From contig CM052817.1 of the NCBI GenBank assembly GCA_028534125.1, positions 94,242,001 through 94,306,000 on the forward strand: 64,000 nucleotides of DNA. The letters run 5' to 3'. A program made the position numbers and the translations under genes. This DNA comes from Lama glama. Its lineage: Eukaryota. Below are positions 25,157-39,770 of the stretch, in pieces; within the stretch, counting starts at the first letter, position 1, and every line of letters begins with the position of its first letter. Under the pieces are notes generated by a model. That model saw nothing but the letters and a program-made list of their open reading frames with translations. It made no database searches and had not been told where the DNA came from.

Positions 25157-28100
25157 AAATACCGCTTTGCTGTTTCCTGAGCAAAAGAGGGCTGAACTGT
25201 CAAGAGAAATCCTGTTTGCCCGGAGATGACCGACACAGCTACTGTAGGTAGATCCTCCGCTGAGTAGAGTTGAAGTCAAAGGACCTTTCAGACATAATCA
25301 AGCAATCTAGACTGTCCATGGTGCTTTGTGGTGGCTGAACAATTCATCACGTGTATAAATAGTGTGGGAAAATAGTATTATTTGGTTCCCAGAGAAACAT
25401 TTGTTCCATAGTTAACACACTTGTAGTATTACTGTATTTATGCACTTTTTCATTTAAAGCATTGGTTTGGGTATTTCCAAATGGACCTTAACGTGATCCC
25501 TTTGGAGTTTCTTGTTCTTCCTCACACTACTCTAAGAACTATACCAAGTTAATTAAGCTACTTTTAGATTTGGAAATTAGTCTTTAAACCACAGTATAAC
25601 AACATTACAACGTGAAGTAAATTCACAACCTGCCTTTCTACCTGAAACTTCATATGGTAACCGTTAGCTTGAACTACAGAGCACAGTTGGACTCATTCAT
25701 TACCTTCCAAAGTGCTGAGCATCATGTATGTACTGGTGTCAGGACTTAGTTCTCTGCTTCGTGTACATTGAGCTTTCAGTGGTGGAACCTTATTCTGTTT
25801 TGTTAATTACAGTGTTTGGGTTCATTGAATGAAGATTCTCCCCGGAGTGAGGGCGGGATCTTACACCTTGGAAAGAGTGAATAATTACACTATCAAGTAA
25901 GCTTACAGATCACTGACAGCATGTGGTGGTGGTGAGCTCTCACACTTGTTAACATGTATTAAACTCTACTTGCCAAGTGTAGATTATGTAACTAATCAGG
26001 TACGTACCAGGCACTGATGTGCTAATACACTGATCAGGTTTAGAAAACTAGCATTAGTGTTCTTGTTAGTCCTCTAATTTTGGTTTCCAGTTTGGAGTTA
26101 ATGACACAGTTGACATTCACTGTTAGTTATAGCAACATACTGTGATTTTTAATTAGACAGTAATTCAGATTTATTACTCTGAGAATGAAATTCTATCTTT
26201 TGACACCATAGTGCCCTTTCTATGATTTTTTTAACTTTACTTAATATTCTTCTTGGCCTTATACTATTTAAATCCCTATGCAATTAATATTTTTTATCTG
26301 CATTTTTTTTAAAAAAGTAGATGTTATGTAAGTAATTCTCATGTAGCAACTATTGCTTTTCCAGTAAAAGAATTAAGGATTTTGTACTGTGATTTATATT
26401 CACTGCCCCAATTCAAGAAATATTGGAGCCTTGCTATAATGTGAAATCTTACAGTCATGGACCTCTTCCAACCAGATTCCTGAAACCATCTGATTCTGTC
26501 TCACCTATACAACAAGGGCCTGTGACATGGATATCACAACCACAAATTATATCTAGTGAGGCTACAATTGTACTTATCTGTCTTGGCTTTGCAGTGTAAT
26601 TTAGAAAGCAGGTATAATTGTTTGTTTTTTAACCAAGTTACATACAATCTCTTATGTATTGATTTGAGACTTACTAACAGTTTTTGGAGGGAGCATAGAA
26701 ATAGGAGTGCCCACAACTGAGGCCCATCTCCCTCCATCCTGACCTCTGTTGCCTGAGTACATAGATGTGCCCTGATTTCTGGCTGCCTGGCCAGAGTGCT
26801 GTGCCTAGTCAGTGTAATGGGTTTATGTCCCTTCTATGAACTAAAAATGTTCAGAACAAGATGAATTGTAGACTAGTAACATTTGATGTTTTTAAATGTT
26901 TGCTTCTTTTTAAACCAAAACTAAAACCCAGAACTGAATTTTGAGGTGGATTTTTAAATAAAAAAGATTGTTGGAGTCTGGTGTGTGCAAGCTGTTTTAT
27001 AATGAAACCACAAAATAAAATCCAGAAGCATCAAAATGTGCCTAAACTATCAAAACACACCACACAGTTGGTGTGTGAAGATACTAAATTGTGTTACGTG
27101 GAAGATGAAAGTATTTTGAGATTTGGGACACAATAAATATAATATGAATTCAAAAATAGAAATCTTGTTTTATAACTGCCTATCAGAAGAGTCTAAGGCA
27201 AAGATGAATTTTTTAGTATAATTTTTCCTTAATTTTTTTACAAAATACTCACCACTTTTGAAGACCTGCACCTTTCTCATTTGCAGAAATCTTCCCATCA
27301 TGCAGAGTGATTTAAGAACTCAGGTGCATTAAGCAGTTTGTTAAACTAAATCGCACGGAACATTGCATTGACAGATTAAATTAAAAGGCAGTCTCTTATG
27401 GAGCAGTCTCTTCCAAACATTTTTTAGCACTAGAATCTTTTTTAAGTAAACTTTTGTGTCACCCCAACACATAAAGCCTGAAAGTTCCATTTTATCAGTG
27501 TAGCTGTATTTTGAGTCCACATTTATATTTACTTAGTCCATTGCTAAGAATAAGATTTCTAAATGACACAAATGTGAAGTCGGGGTTATAGATCGTGGGT
27601 AAAACCCTCAGCAGCCAGTCTGTTTGTTTCTATGCCTTTATTTCATTTGCATACTCTTCAAGAGAATTTTGATTCACACAAACATAAGTAAGTACAAATA
27701 ATAACAGGTTTTAAGCACACATTTCAGGAGATTCTTTACCTAGAGATAGCCGAAGTTGTATTCCCAGGTTTATACAAAAATCAATTATCGTGTTAGTGGG
27801 AGTTTATACATACACAGTCTCCAGTATGGTAATACTCATCTGGATGTGCATTTTTATTAATGTTTTAAACTACATTCTTTTATAAAAACAAAATTTGAAT
27901 CCGACTTTTTTGAATACCCTTAATCGCCTTCAGGAAGCTCAGTTTTGGCCAGGCATGGGTTGAAAACCACTGGTTAACCATATGACAGTTACCTTATAAA
28001 TCAGAAGTCTTTTTCTCCCACGTTTGATTCCTTATTTTGAAAAACTGTACAATTTTATGGAAGTTTGAATACCAAAGCACAGCTCTTCTTTCAAAAAATC

Positions 28101-29350
28101 AAAATTCAAACTTGAATAATTTAAGCTATTTAATCCACAGATGGTAACACTTGGTAAGCTATAAAAGTGGTTTTTATCTACACTCTAGTTTATACATTTG
28201 CATCTTTATTTTTATCAATACCATATAAGCTACTGTGAGCATTTTAGAGAATAACATAAAGGTACTATGAGTGTCTGTATGTATATATAGCATTGTATTT
28301 AATCATAGACTGAATTTAATTTGGTATAGAAATGCTGCCATCCTTGTACATTAATGTCATGAGTCGTAGTTCCCTCTGGACTCTTTAATTAATGGGAGGT
28401 CATAATCGCTGTATTCATAAATGCATTCAGTCTGGAAATTGAACACCAGTGTTTGTGTTTCTTTCTCTACTAGTGAGAAGTTGTCTGCTTTCCCCCTTTA
28501 GCCAAAATAGTATTTTTTTTTTTTATGTTTTGTTCAGCTGTCAACTACGTTACGCCTGTACGCTATGCTATGGACGTAATTCTTGGATATTACCAAACAT
28601 TCTTAGTGCTTCTTTATTTGGCCCATTGAAAGTATTGGTATTAGTATTTTGAATGAAATATCCTTTTAAAAATTAAAAAATATTAGCCTTTAAATTTTTA
28701 GAAACGAGGTGGGCCAGTTCTTTTTATTCCTATCTTTGGGTCATTGTGGTAGGTAGGTCTTGTCCTCCATTGTTAGATAAGCAATCGGGTTCATAACAGG
28801 ATTGACGTAACATGACCAAATCAGGGGGATACAGAGAGAGGGGGACATATCCCAGGACAACAAGTATCATCAATAACATCTAATATGTTATATATAGACC
28901 TATATGTAATTTAAAATACTGCCAACCATGAGATGAAAAGCCATTGAATGTTGTAGACATCACAGACTTGTTATGATGAAAAATCAGTTGTCAGGTTGTT
29001 GAGATGATTGATTTTAAATCTGACTAAATATGTTTCTGTATTACTACAGCTTGAAATAATTTAGTTTGTCTTCCATAGACTTAGCTTTCTTTAGGTTCAG
29101 TATAATGTATATTATGAGTTTCCACGGACTGTTTGGTCAAGGGATTAACATAGCTTCTTGCTTCCTTTAGGTAAGAAGACATGGCTTTGTGTGAGTTCTT
29201 GTAACCTAAATCGATTGTTGATAATCACCCCAGATTTCAACAGCAAACTCTTATGTATAAATTTATTTCTCCCCTCTTACTCATCTTCTTTTGTAAAGAT
29301 CTAATTGTAGATATTTCCTGCTACCAAATAAAACTTTTCAAACAATTTGG
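25157..29350 (+). other. GAB1: GAB1 3' UTR; end uncertain, candidate poly(A) signals at 26957, 27014, 27132 and 29327
   Basis: follows the stop codon; AT-rich, no obvious transposons; AATAAA hexamers read directly. Confidence 0.6.
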
Positions 29351-30427
29351 TTTCAAGACCATTAAGTAGTCAATTTGGATACTGAAACTGTGAACAAATA
29401 AGGATGTAAAAATTTATATTTCCAACCCTTCCTTACAGTCTGTGTCTAAATCAAAAACCAAATTCTGCCGTTCACTGTACTTCCCAGTCCTACTCCTATA
29501 GGGACGTTTTCTGTAGTGAGGACCCCACTAACTCATGCTAGCACGTAATAGTCATGCTCTAACTAAACAGGAGAGGCTTCCAAGACCACTGCCCATGCGT
29601 CCACCCATTATTTCTTCACCTAGCCAGCGCCACTAGTGAGGTATTGAGTAAAAGGCTGGTAAGTACTGGCCCGTGTGCAACCTTTACCGTCAGAAAATTC
29701 ATTTGATACATAAAAATGGCTTAGCTGGGCTTTTTCATATCTATGAGAGTTTTCAGACAACTCCAGTGCTTCATAAAACCCCAAAAATTACCCTTGGTCA
29801 GTCATTTGGCCCTCCCAGTGCAGCACTTTGCAGCTCTGGCTCTGTCAGTAGATCATCTTTGGGAGGTTTGGGGAGGGTGACGTGATCGCCTTTGAGGTCA
29901 TTCTCCCCCCACCCATCTTTCTGTCACCCTGTAAATGTGAAACCTCTGGATATGTGCAGGTAACTTCTTTGGGGGGGAAAATAAGCTGCTTTCTCTGATA
30001 CCAATTTTGAATTACAGTTTTATTAGAAAGTTTTATGGAGAATAATTTGGCAATTCTGTGAATGTGTGTTATTGCATATTTAAAAGCTGAGTCAATAGTG
30101 AAAGGCATTTTGTTAACTGTGGTGATGAGTAACATTCCCCTCTTAGGTTCCCTCCTTTAAATTATACAAAGTTATTTTTTAATAAAATAAGTTAACACCT
30201 GTAGAAAATTAAGCTTCTAAAGTTTGTTTCTATAATTCATTAGACAGGCTTTTATTACTATTAATCATGGTTATGTTGGTGATTCACTTGTACCTCTGTG
30301 TGTCTCTGATTTTGTGATCTATGTGGTGCCTAGAACATTTGGAGTACTCAGTGTGTGGGACAACATATGATGGTACAAAAAAAAAAAAAACAAATGTTTT
30401 AAAAGCCCACTTTCTCAAATACAGTAT

Positions 30428-30880
30428 CGTGATGGTTAATGTGTCAACTTGGCTAGGCTGTGGTGCCCATGTGTTTGATCAAACGCTAGTATAGATGTTC
30501 CTGTGAAGATATTTTGTAGATGTGACTAACATTACCATAAGTAAAGCTTATCACCCTCCATAGCATGGATGGGCCTCATCCAACCAGTTGAAGGCCTTCA
30601 AAGCAAAAACTGAAGTTTCCCACGAAGAAGGAATTTTGCCTCAAGACCATAACATACAAGTCCTATGAATTTCCAGCCTGCAGACCTGCCCTACAAATTT
30701 CAACTTTGCCAACCCCCACAAGTTTGTGGGCCAATTCCTTAAAATAAATCTCTCCAATGGATGGCTAGGCGGATAGATGGATAGATTCTACTGGTTCTAT
30801 TTTGATAGATAAATAGATACATACAGAGATGGATGGATGGATGGAAAGATAGATTCTTTCTCTGGAAAGCCTGTTACTTC
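30428..30880 (+). mobile_element. MLT2 (ERV-L) solo LTR with internal GGAT/AGAT repeats
   Basis: start gtgatggttaat...gtgtcaacttggctaggct, and ccaattccttaaaataaatctc, typical of MLT2. Confidence 0.8.
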
Positions 30881-31582
30881 ATTATTCTGAGTTATTTATG
30901 TGTATATATGCATATATAAAGCAAGCAATGATTTTGAGGTTTAATTTGAAATATAAATTACAGGTCCAACTTGAATCCATTGGCAGCCTTTACCCCAAAA
31001 ATATTTTCTTCTAAAATTAAAGTGTTGATGAATTTCTGAAGCCATTTACTTACAGTGAAACAGATTTCCACTCTACAGGCCATAAATCTTTGTCTTTCAG
31101 GAACCATTAAATTAGCATCTCCAAGGAGGAAAAGCAGTATGCAAAGAGGAACAGAAAGATTGTTGGCTTCTTGCTGGGTGGCATACAAAATCTATTAAGA
31201 ACAATACTCCATTTGCTATGCTTGGGTTGTAGTCTTGACCCTTGTCAAATACTATGACTTTAATATATTTATTTAATTATCTCTGCTTTATATTTCTGTT
31301 TTTTATGTAGCACATATACCCTATGTACTTCTAAAACTATTTTTTAATCAACTTTGTAAAAAACAATGAGTCTGAAAGATGCTTATTCCAATCCTTAAAT
31401 AAAGCAATGACTTCGGAATTCAGACTAAGAAGAAAATACTGTCGTCCCAGTTTGAGTCTACTGGATGAAAATTAAAGTCACTTTACTAGAGTATTTGCTA
31501 CATATGTAGGACTATGCTAGGTGCTGTGGGAAACAGAGGAAATCTACACCAGCTTTATCTTGACAAGTTAGTATGTGTGAAG

Positions 31583-31618
31583 TAATGATATGGGACCATA
31601 AATAATGATATGGGACCA
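31583..31618. repeat. direct repeat taatgatatgggacca x2, period 20
   Basis: direct read. Confidence 0.9.
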
Positions 31619-31859
31619 ACAACGAGGTGCTGAGGCAAAGACCGTCCAAGGATAGCAGTCAAGAAGAGCTTCATAGAGATGGAGATTGAGAAGGACTTTG
31701 GAGGGTTGGCAAGAAGGAAAAAGGAGGGAGGGCATCTGAAAGAACAATATGAACAATTTGTTAGTTTGCTATTTATTAGTCTTCTGAGAAGAGGGGTGTG
31801 AAAAAGAAAAGAGGCAGAATGTGGAGAACTGTGTATTAGTTGGAAGGTTGTAAATATTA

Positions 31860-32366
31860 CATCTGTTATTGAATGCTGTGTAACGAACCAAAATGTTTTG
31901 GCTTTAAAAAACTAATCATCCTCTAGTCTCATAGTTTGCATGATCAGAAGTTCAGGGGTGTCTTGGCTAGGCAATTCTGGCTCAGTTTCTATGAAAGGAA
32001 ATCAAATCAGTTGAAACTGCAGTCTTCTTGAGAGGAAAGATCTGCTTCCAAGGAGGTTCACCCACGTGGCAGGCAGGATGGCAATTGGCAGGAGGCCTGT
32101 GTTCCTCTTCCTGTGCTTCTTCCAGAGCTGCTTGAGTGTCCTCATGGCATGGCGGCTGGCTTCCCCCAAAGCTAGTGTTCCCAGAGACCAAGCAGAGGCT
32201 TCAATGCCTTTTGTGACCTAGGCTTGGAGACCACATACTCTCGTCTCTACTGTGCTCTAATGGGTCATCCAGTCCACCCCCCGATTCATTGTGGAAGGAG
32301 ACATACAAGAGTGTGAATACCAGGAAGCAAGGGTCCCTGGGAGCATCTTAGAGGCTAGTTGTCACA
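31860..32366 (-). mobile_element. MaLR MLT1-type LTR
   Basis: tgctgtgtaac...ctcatagttt...tgagtgtcctcatggcatggcggctggcttcccc...tgtgaataccaggaag, typical MLT1 blocks. Confidence 0.7.
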
Positions 32367-32783
32367 AGGGCAGAGTTGAATGTCAAGAGATGAGGCCAAA
32401 GATGGAGGGCCTGAAGGACCAAGGAACTCAAGTGCACTGAAGAATTAAGGACTCTAAACAGTCAGAACAAGACAAAGCTTGGAAAGAGCAGGCTACAGGA
32501 AGTCAGGAAATAGTTCTGAACCTGGATCTATGAGTTTAGCTGTGTGTTCTTGCAAATTACGAAGCTATTTGACAGTTACTGAGACACTGTGTTTTATATT
32601 GACTCTTACCTAATCCTCATAATACTGGGGAGTAGGTAATGCTATTCTCTCTAACCTTCAAGTTCCAGCTTAATTCCACAAGGCTTTCCCTCAACTCCCC
32701 CACCCAGGGGTGATAGCTTCTTCCTCTGAAAGTCACAAAATTGGTAACTTTCTTCTGTTTTCCATATTTGGCTTTGGTGATGG

Positions 32784-33161
32784 TATATTGGTTTGCTTGG
32801 GCTGCAATCACCAAGTACCACAGACTGGGTGGCTTAAACAACAGATTCATTTTTTCACAGTTCTGGAGGCTGGAAGTCCAAGATCAAGATGTAGGCAGAT
32901 TTTGTTTCTTCTGAAACCTCTTTCCTTGGCTTGTAGATGTGGCCTCAATGTATCCTCACTTGGCCTTTTCCTGGACATGTGAGCCCTAGTGTCACTTTCT
33001 CTTCATATAAGGACACCAACCATGTTGAATTAGACCCCCACCTTATGACCCCATTTAATTTCCTCTTTAAAAGCCCTATCTCCAAAAACAGTCATAGTCT
33101 GAGGTACTGGGGTTCAGGTCTTCAAGACAAATTTCGGGTGGACAGAATTCAGTCCATAATA
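32784..33161 (-). mobile_element. MaLR MLT1A/B/C-type solo LTR
   Basis: taccacagactgggtggcttaaacaacag...cacagttctggaggctggaagtccaagatc; 5-bp TSD GATGG at 32779-32783 and 33162-33166. Confidence 0.88.
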
Positions 33162-33224
33162 GATGGCTATGTTTGTCTCATCTACTCAGCTGTATGCACT
33201 TTAGAATAAAAACTAAGTCTTATG

Positions 33225-34180
33225 CATCACAGCGTCAGTCACATTCCTGGCAGGAAAAGATGTCCCACTCAAAGGAGTAACTGATGAGAGTTAAATGAAG
33301 GAACTATTGCATATCTATGGATTGGGTTAAGGGAACTAACAAGAGGTGATTAAAACCCTTAGCAGCAGTAAGAAGTCATTACCACTTTTAGAACTAAGTG
33401 GGCAAGTGGAGGGTGCCGTTACTGACACCCAACAAGAGCTGTCCACCAGCAGACACTTTGGACTTCTGTAGAAGGACACAACCACCGCCAAATGCAGACC
33501 AGCAGGGAGGGAGTCAGGTTACCTCTTCTGTGACTTGCCATTGGCTGAAAGCCACCAGCAGCCAGAAATAACCCAGGACATGTAATACATGGAGGTCATC
33601 CTCTCGGGCACTGGGCAAGGCAGAGGAGGGCAGAGGGCAGATCAGGTAAAGCAAACAGAGAAAATCCTTCACAGTCTTCATATTTATTACCATGAGAAAA
33701 TGTAGGGTCTGGGGAAGACTTGTTTGCTTAACAGCTGATCCAAACTCCAGAACTAGAGTGCCATCCTGTATTTCAGAAGCTGTAAGGAAAAAACTACATT
33801 TTCCAGACATCCTTGCACCTAGGGCTCTGCCGTCATCAACTTTCCACCAGTCACATTCACTTAAACTCAGAAACAGTTCAGTGGAGAGGGAGGCAGAGCT
33901 CTGCAAAGCATCAGTGTTGATAAATCTAGTAGATGAAGCAACGGGTTCCTGATCCTTGGTCGACTGCTAAGATGGTGTATTCTTGGAGACACCGTCTGTC
34001 ATGGCAGCTTCCTGCACCTGCGTGGCGCCATAGACATGTGATCTTGGACTCCACCACTAGTGAGTTGGTTTCCTGAACCCAGATACCTGATTGTTTCCAT
34101 GTCTGGCCATTCCGTGGCATTGTTCTGAGAATCATGCCTAAGGCCCTACACACCTGTCAGTAATTGTAAACTCTATCTTC
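33225..34180. mobile_element. old ERV-L type LTR remnants (LTR16/LTR33-like)
   Basis: recalled motifs cactcaaaggagtaactga...aatgaagg and aaactacattttccagac. Confidence 0.45.
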
Positions 34181-35907
34181 TACATTCCTTTTGGAATTAC
34201 TTTTATGTTCCTTTTAAAATTACTAGAATGGCTTACCTTTGTTGAAAATAGACGCAGGGGCCAATTTTCTGCCTCTTGCATTCTGGAATAGTTTTTTTTT
34301 TCTTTTCTTATTCTCATATTGCAAAACTGTATGTTTAAAGAAAAATGGGGGGAGAAGAGGAAAAACAAACTGTGTTACTTTCCTTTCTTTGCCTGCAAAT
34401 GTGCTGCTTTTTGCTTTGACTGCTGTCAGAAATATCTTCCCAGCTGTTAAACATCTATCTGAATTGTCATCTTTAAAGACTGCATTGTAGTCCTTCAAAT
34501 ATTTTAAAATAACCAATAATAATATCCAGTTTGGATACAGGTGTGGGGAGTGGAACACTAGCATGTGCTACCCCTGGGACCATAAATTGGTACAATTTTT
34601 TTTTAAAGAGCAGTTTATTATTTCAATTTAAAGTCTTAAAATTATGCTTAACCATTAACCAAGCAATTGAATTTCAAGGAATTAATCAAACATGTGCACA
34701 ATCATTTCTCTCCAAGGAGTTACAAGTGTAGGCAATAATGGAGGGCTGGTTAAATTGTACACACACGTATATAGCCATTTATAATATAAAACAATAATCT
34801 GTGAGTGTGTTTCTCCAGTAAGAGAGACTTCTGAAAAAAAAACAGAAGCCAGTTTGGGAGATCCAGCACCCTTTCACCTTGGTTTAATTAGGGTGCCTCT
34901 ACTTTTTCTGTTTCCACATTGACATAAGATTTATTTGAACAATAGGTTCTGCTACTGTAAAAAGTCCTAACTATTGTGATAAAAGAATATTTGATGTCAT
35001 GAATGGTTTTTCAAGATATACTGCTATGTAAAAATTAAGGCTATATAACTAAATATAGTATAATCCTATGTTGTATGTGACTAACAAGACCAAAACAGCA
35101 GGATAGCACTACATATATTACAGACATTACAATGATACTAAAAGAGATATTATGGACAACCTGAGGCAAATAAATTTGAAAATTATATAAAATGAACAAA
35201 TTGCTACAGAAAGCAATTTACTACAACTGAGAAAAGAAAATCTGAATCATCCTATAACAACAAAAATGAATTTTGTAATTAAAACTCTTTTTTACAAAGA
35301 GAATTCGGGGCTCAGACAAAATCGTCAATAAATATTGCCAATTAAGTAAGAAAGAAAGAATGCCAGTCCTACATGAGTTCAAGGTAATACACCGTATCAG
35401 TAAAATAAGTGGGAAAATATTAGTCATTTCAATTAATGCAGAAAACTGGCTGATAAATTTCAACGTCTATGCATGATTTAGAAAGCAAAACTCTTAGCAG
35501 CATGGAGTAAAAAGGAAATGTGTTCCAAAGAAAAGAATATCTATTTTAAAAATCCATCAACCATCATCATACTGAAATATTGGTGAAATATTTAACTTTC
35601 TCTTTGAGACCTAAAACAAGGCTGGACCCTGCCAGTAAGAAGTATGAGATTTGGGCAAAACAAATAAAACTGCTGTTATTCACAGTGATACAGTTGTGTA
35701 TGTAGAAAATCCAACCAAATCTAAAGTTAAAAGATTGCTAGAAACCAGGTCAATAGGCAAAAATTAATTGTATTTTTATAAACCCACAGCAAGCTGTTCA
35801 ATTAAGAGTTTTTTAGAAGATGAAGATTATGATAGTATCAAAAATATCAAATAGGAATTCATTTCAAATAGAATGTGCAAAACTTCTACAATAAAACATT
35901 AAGAATA

Positions 35908-36060
35908 GGGGGTGGGACTAGCTCACTGGTAGAGTGTGTGCTTAGCATGCAGAAGGTCCTGGGTTCAATCCCCAGTACCTTCATTAACAAATAAATACAT
36001 AAACCCGATTACCTCCCTCCACCAAAATAAATAAATTAAGATGAAAATAAATAAATAAAT
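35908..36060 (+). mobile_element. tRNA(Ala)-derived SINE (Vic-1-like)
   Basis: A and B boxes, cttagcatg anticodon arm, (AAAT)n tail; 18-bp TSD aataaaacattaagaata at 35890-35907 and 36061-36078. Confidence 0.92.
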
Positions 36061-36217
36061 AATAAAACATTAAGAATAAATAAAACCAAAATAAAAAGAG
36101 GAATGATATACAGTGTGCATGGATTGGGTAATTCAGGGCATAAAGATGTCAGTTTTTCCCAAAATTAGTCTTTAAATTCGATGCAATCTCATTAAAAATT
36201 CCAAGAGGGCTTTTTTT

Positions 36218-36622
<405 letters not shown>

Positions 36623-37635
36623 TTATAGTTCAGAGAGCCAAGAACAGCCAAAACACTCTTGAAAAAAATAATGTGGAAGATGTACTCTAAGATGTGGTTT
36701 GTTATAATAATATAGCAATTAATGCAGAGTAATCTTGGCACAAGGAAAGAAAAATACACCAACGGAACTCAAGAGAGAGCCCAGAAACAGAACAACACAT
36801 ATATGGATACTTGATTATGACAGGGCGGCTCTGCAGAGCAGTGGAAAAATAATGTTATCTTCAATAAATGGTGTTAGACAAATTGGATTTCCATGTAAAT
36901 AAAAGACGAAAATTGATCTCTAGCTCACAATATAAACAAGTATCAATTCCCTGTAAACTGTGGACAGCAAAACAGTAACAAAGTTAATATAGGATAATTT
37001 TATCATGATTTGGAGTAAAAACAAAAACTTTCTTAAAGAGAAAAAAAAAGGATTAACCAAAAAAGAAGACTGATACATTGTATTATGTCAAAATTAAGAC
37101 CATCTGTTCATCAATAGACATGAGTAAGAGTCAAAGGCAAAATCCGTGGAGGCTTATATATTTGTAACCCGTATAGCCAGCAATGGACTCATAACCTAAA
37201 TGCAACTAGTACTCCTACAGATCAGTAAGAAAAATAAAGTAATCCAAAAAAGGGGAAGGGGAAAACAAGAGAAATGAACAGAATTTTCACAAAAACATAC
37301 AAAAAGACTCAAATAAACAAATGAAATGAATCAACCTTTCTTGTAATGGGAAAATGCAAATTAAAACCACAGTGTCATATTACTGTACATTCACTAGAAT
37401 GATTCAAATTAAAAGGGCTGCCAATACCCAATGCTGACAAGGAAGTGTTATTCTCATGCCGTGTCAGTGGGAGTTCAAATTGGTACAACTCTGAAAGACT
37501 GTCATTATTTATGAAAGTTGGACATATGCATTCTCTATGGCACAATAATTTTATTTCTGAGTATACGTCCAACTGAAACCCACGCATGTATACCAAGATA
37601 TACAAACAAGAGTGTTTATGACAGCATAATTTATA

Positions 37636-38566
37636 AGAAAAAAAGGAATACGAGAAGAATCAGAGCAGAAATAGATGAAATAGAAACTAAAAATAAATTA
37701 GAAAAGATCAATTAAACTAAGAGCTGTTTCTTTACAAAGATAAACAAAATTGATAAACCTTTAGCCAGAGTCATCCAGAAAAAAAGACTGGACTCACACA
37801 AATAAAATCAGAAATGAAAGAAGAGAAGTTACAACTGACAGAGATACAAAGGCTTGTAAGAGATTACTGCAAACAATTATATGCCAATAAAATGGACAAC
37901 CTAGAAGAAATGGATAAATTTCTAGAAATGTACAATTTCCCAAGAGTAAATCCAGAAGAAATACAAAATGTGAACAGACTAATTACCAGTAATGAAACTG
38001 AATCAGTAGTAATAAAAAAAATTTCCAACAAACAAAAGTCCAGGACTAGATGGCTTCACAGGTGAATTCTACCAAACATTTAAAGAAGCGTTAATACCTA
38101 TCCTTCTCAAAACATTCCAAAAAATTTAAGAGGAAGGAACACTTGTGAACATATTACATGAGGCCAGCATCATTCTGATACCAAAACCAAAGACACCAAA
38201 AAAAAAAAAGAAAATTACAGGCCGATATCACTGATGAACATAGATCCAAAAATTCTCAACAAAGTATTAGCAAATGAATTCAATGGTACATTAAAAGGAT
38301 CATATACCATGGGCAAGTGTCATTTATCCCAGAGATGCAAGAATGGTTCAGTATCTGCAAATCAGTCAATGTGATAACTCTAAACTAACAAATTGAAGAA
38401 TAAAAATCACATGATCATCTCAGTAGATGAAGAAAACGCCTTTTTACAAAATTCAACATCCATTTATAAAAACTCTCAACAAAGTGGGTATAGAGGGGAC
38501 ATACCTGAACATAATAAAGGCCACTTATGACACACTCACAACTAACATTATACTCAATGCTGAAAG
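37636..38566 (+). mobile_element. younger L1 ORF2 internal fragment (EN-RT linker into RT), frameshifted
   Basis: peptides IRAEIDEIETK, QLYANKMDNLEEMDKFLE; DNA gatggcttcacaggtgaattctaccaaac and aattacaggccgatatcactgatgaac. Confidence 0.9.
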
Positions 38567-39269
38567 TTTATTAGAATATGTTTTTTAAAGCTATGAATAT
38601 GAATTCACAATCATTTAAAAATATTTTTAATAATGTCTATATATTTGCATATATTCCTCAAATCCTTTTTATCAAATTAATATTTTAATCTGAACAAGAA
38701 CATAAAATAATTTTCCTTATAAAGTATTTTTTCTCTGTACTATTTTGAATAACACAATGACAATTCAAAACACAAAAAGCATAAAATATTATACACCAAA
38801 AAGTATCCCTTTCATATTTTCTTTCCAGATATTGTCCTCTCATAATCAAATTCATATATACTAAGGGGACTTATAAATTTCAGTTGTTTTTTATGATACT
38901 TATCTTTTTCCCTGAGATTTTTGCGTATTTCTAGCAACTATGAACGTTTGTTATTTGGTGGACATCGCCCCCTTGTGCATAAAACTGAATCTGCAGGGCA
39001 AGTCCTGTCGAAAAGTGGAATAAATTTACGTGGCTATTCTTTCACGGAATTCCAACTGTAAAAGTTTCTTGAAGCCATATCTGTCACCATACCTTCAATT
39101 TTTCAGTTATGACCAGCCCCCAAATATTAGCCTTTTTCTTTAATCCCTTAATGAAGGTGTCCCCACACTTGCCTTAGGGATCTCATTGTATATTGTGCCT
39201 TTTGGTCTCCAAAGAATTCTCACATCCATATTTTGTTTGATTAGAACAGGAGTTATTGCCCTCCTTTTC

Positions 39270-39770
39270 TATTTAGATGTAATTAACATACCATGTAACT
39301 CACCCATTTAAAGGGTACAACTCGACAATTTTTTAGTACATTCAGCATTGGGTAACCATCACCATAATTTATTTTATTTTATTTTTTGTCACAATTTATT
39401 TTAGAACATTTTCATCACTCCAAAGAGAAATGTCTTCCCTGTCAGTGGTCACTACCCATTTCTCCAACCCTACCTGCAAGCCCCAGGCAACCACTAATCT
39501 ACTTTTTCTCTGTACAGTTCCCTTTTCTAGACATTTGCTATAAATTAATCATACAGTCGTCTGTGTGGCCTTTTGTGACCTTCTTCTTTCACCTGGCTTA
39601 GTGTGTACAGGGTTCATCCAGGTTGGAGCATGTATCAGTACTCCATTCCTACTTACAGGTGAATAGTATTCATTGCAGGGATGCCCCATGTTGAATTATC
39701 CATTCATCAGTTGATGGGCATTTGGATTGTTTCCACTCTGATTGTTGTGAACAACATTGCTACCGACATT
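39270..39770 (-). mobile_element. old L1 3' end
   Basis: antisense L1M 3' text (cacccatttaaagggtaca, ggcaaccactaatctactttt, ccattcatcagttgatgggcatttgg). Confidence 0.75.
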
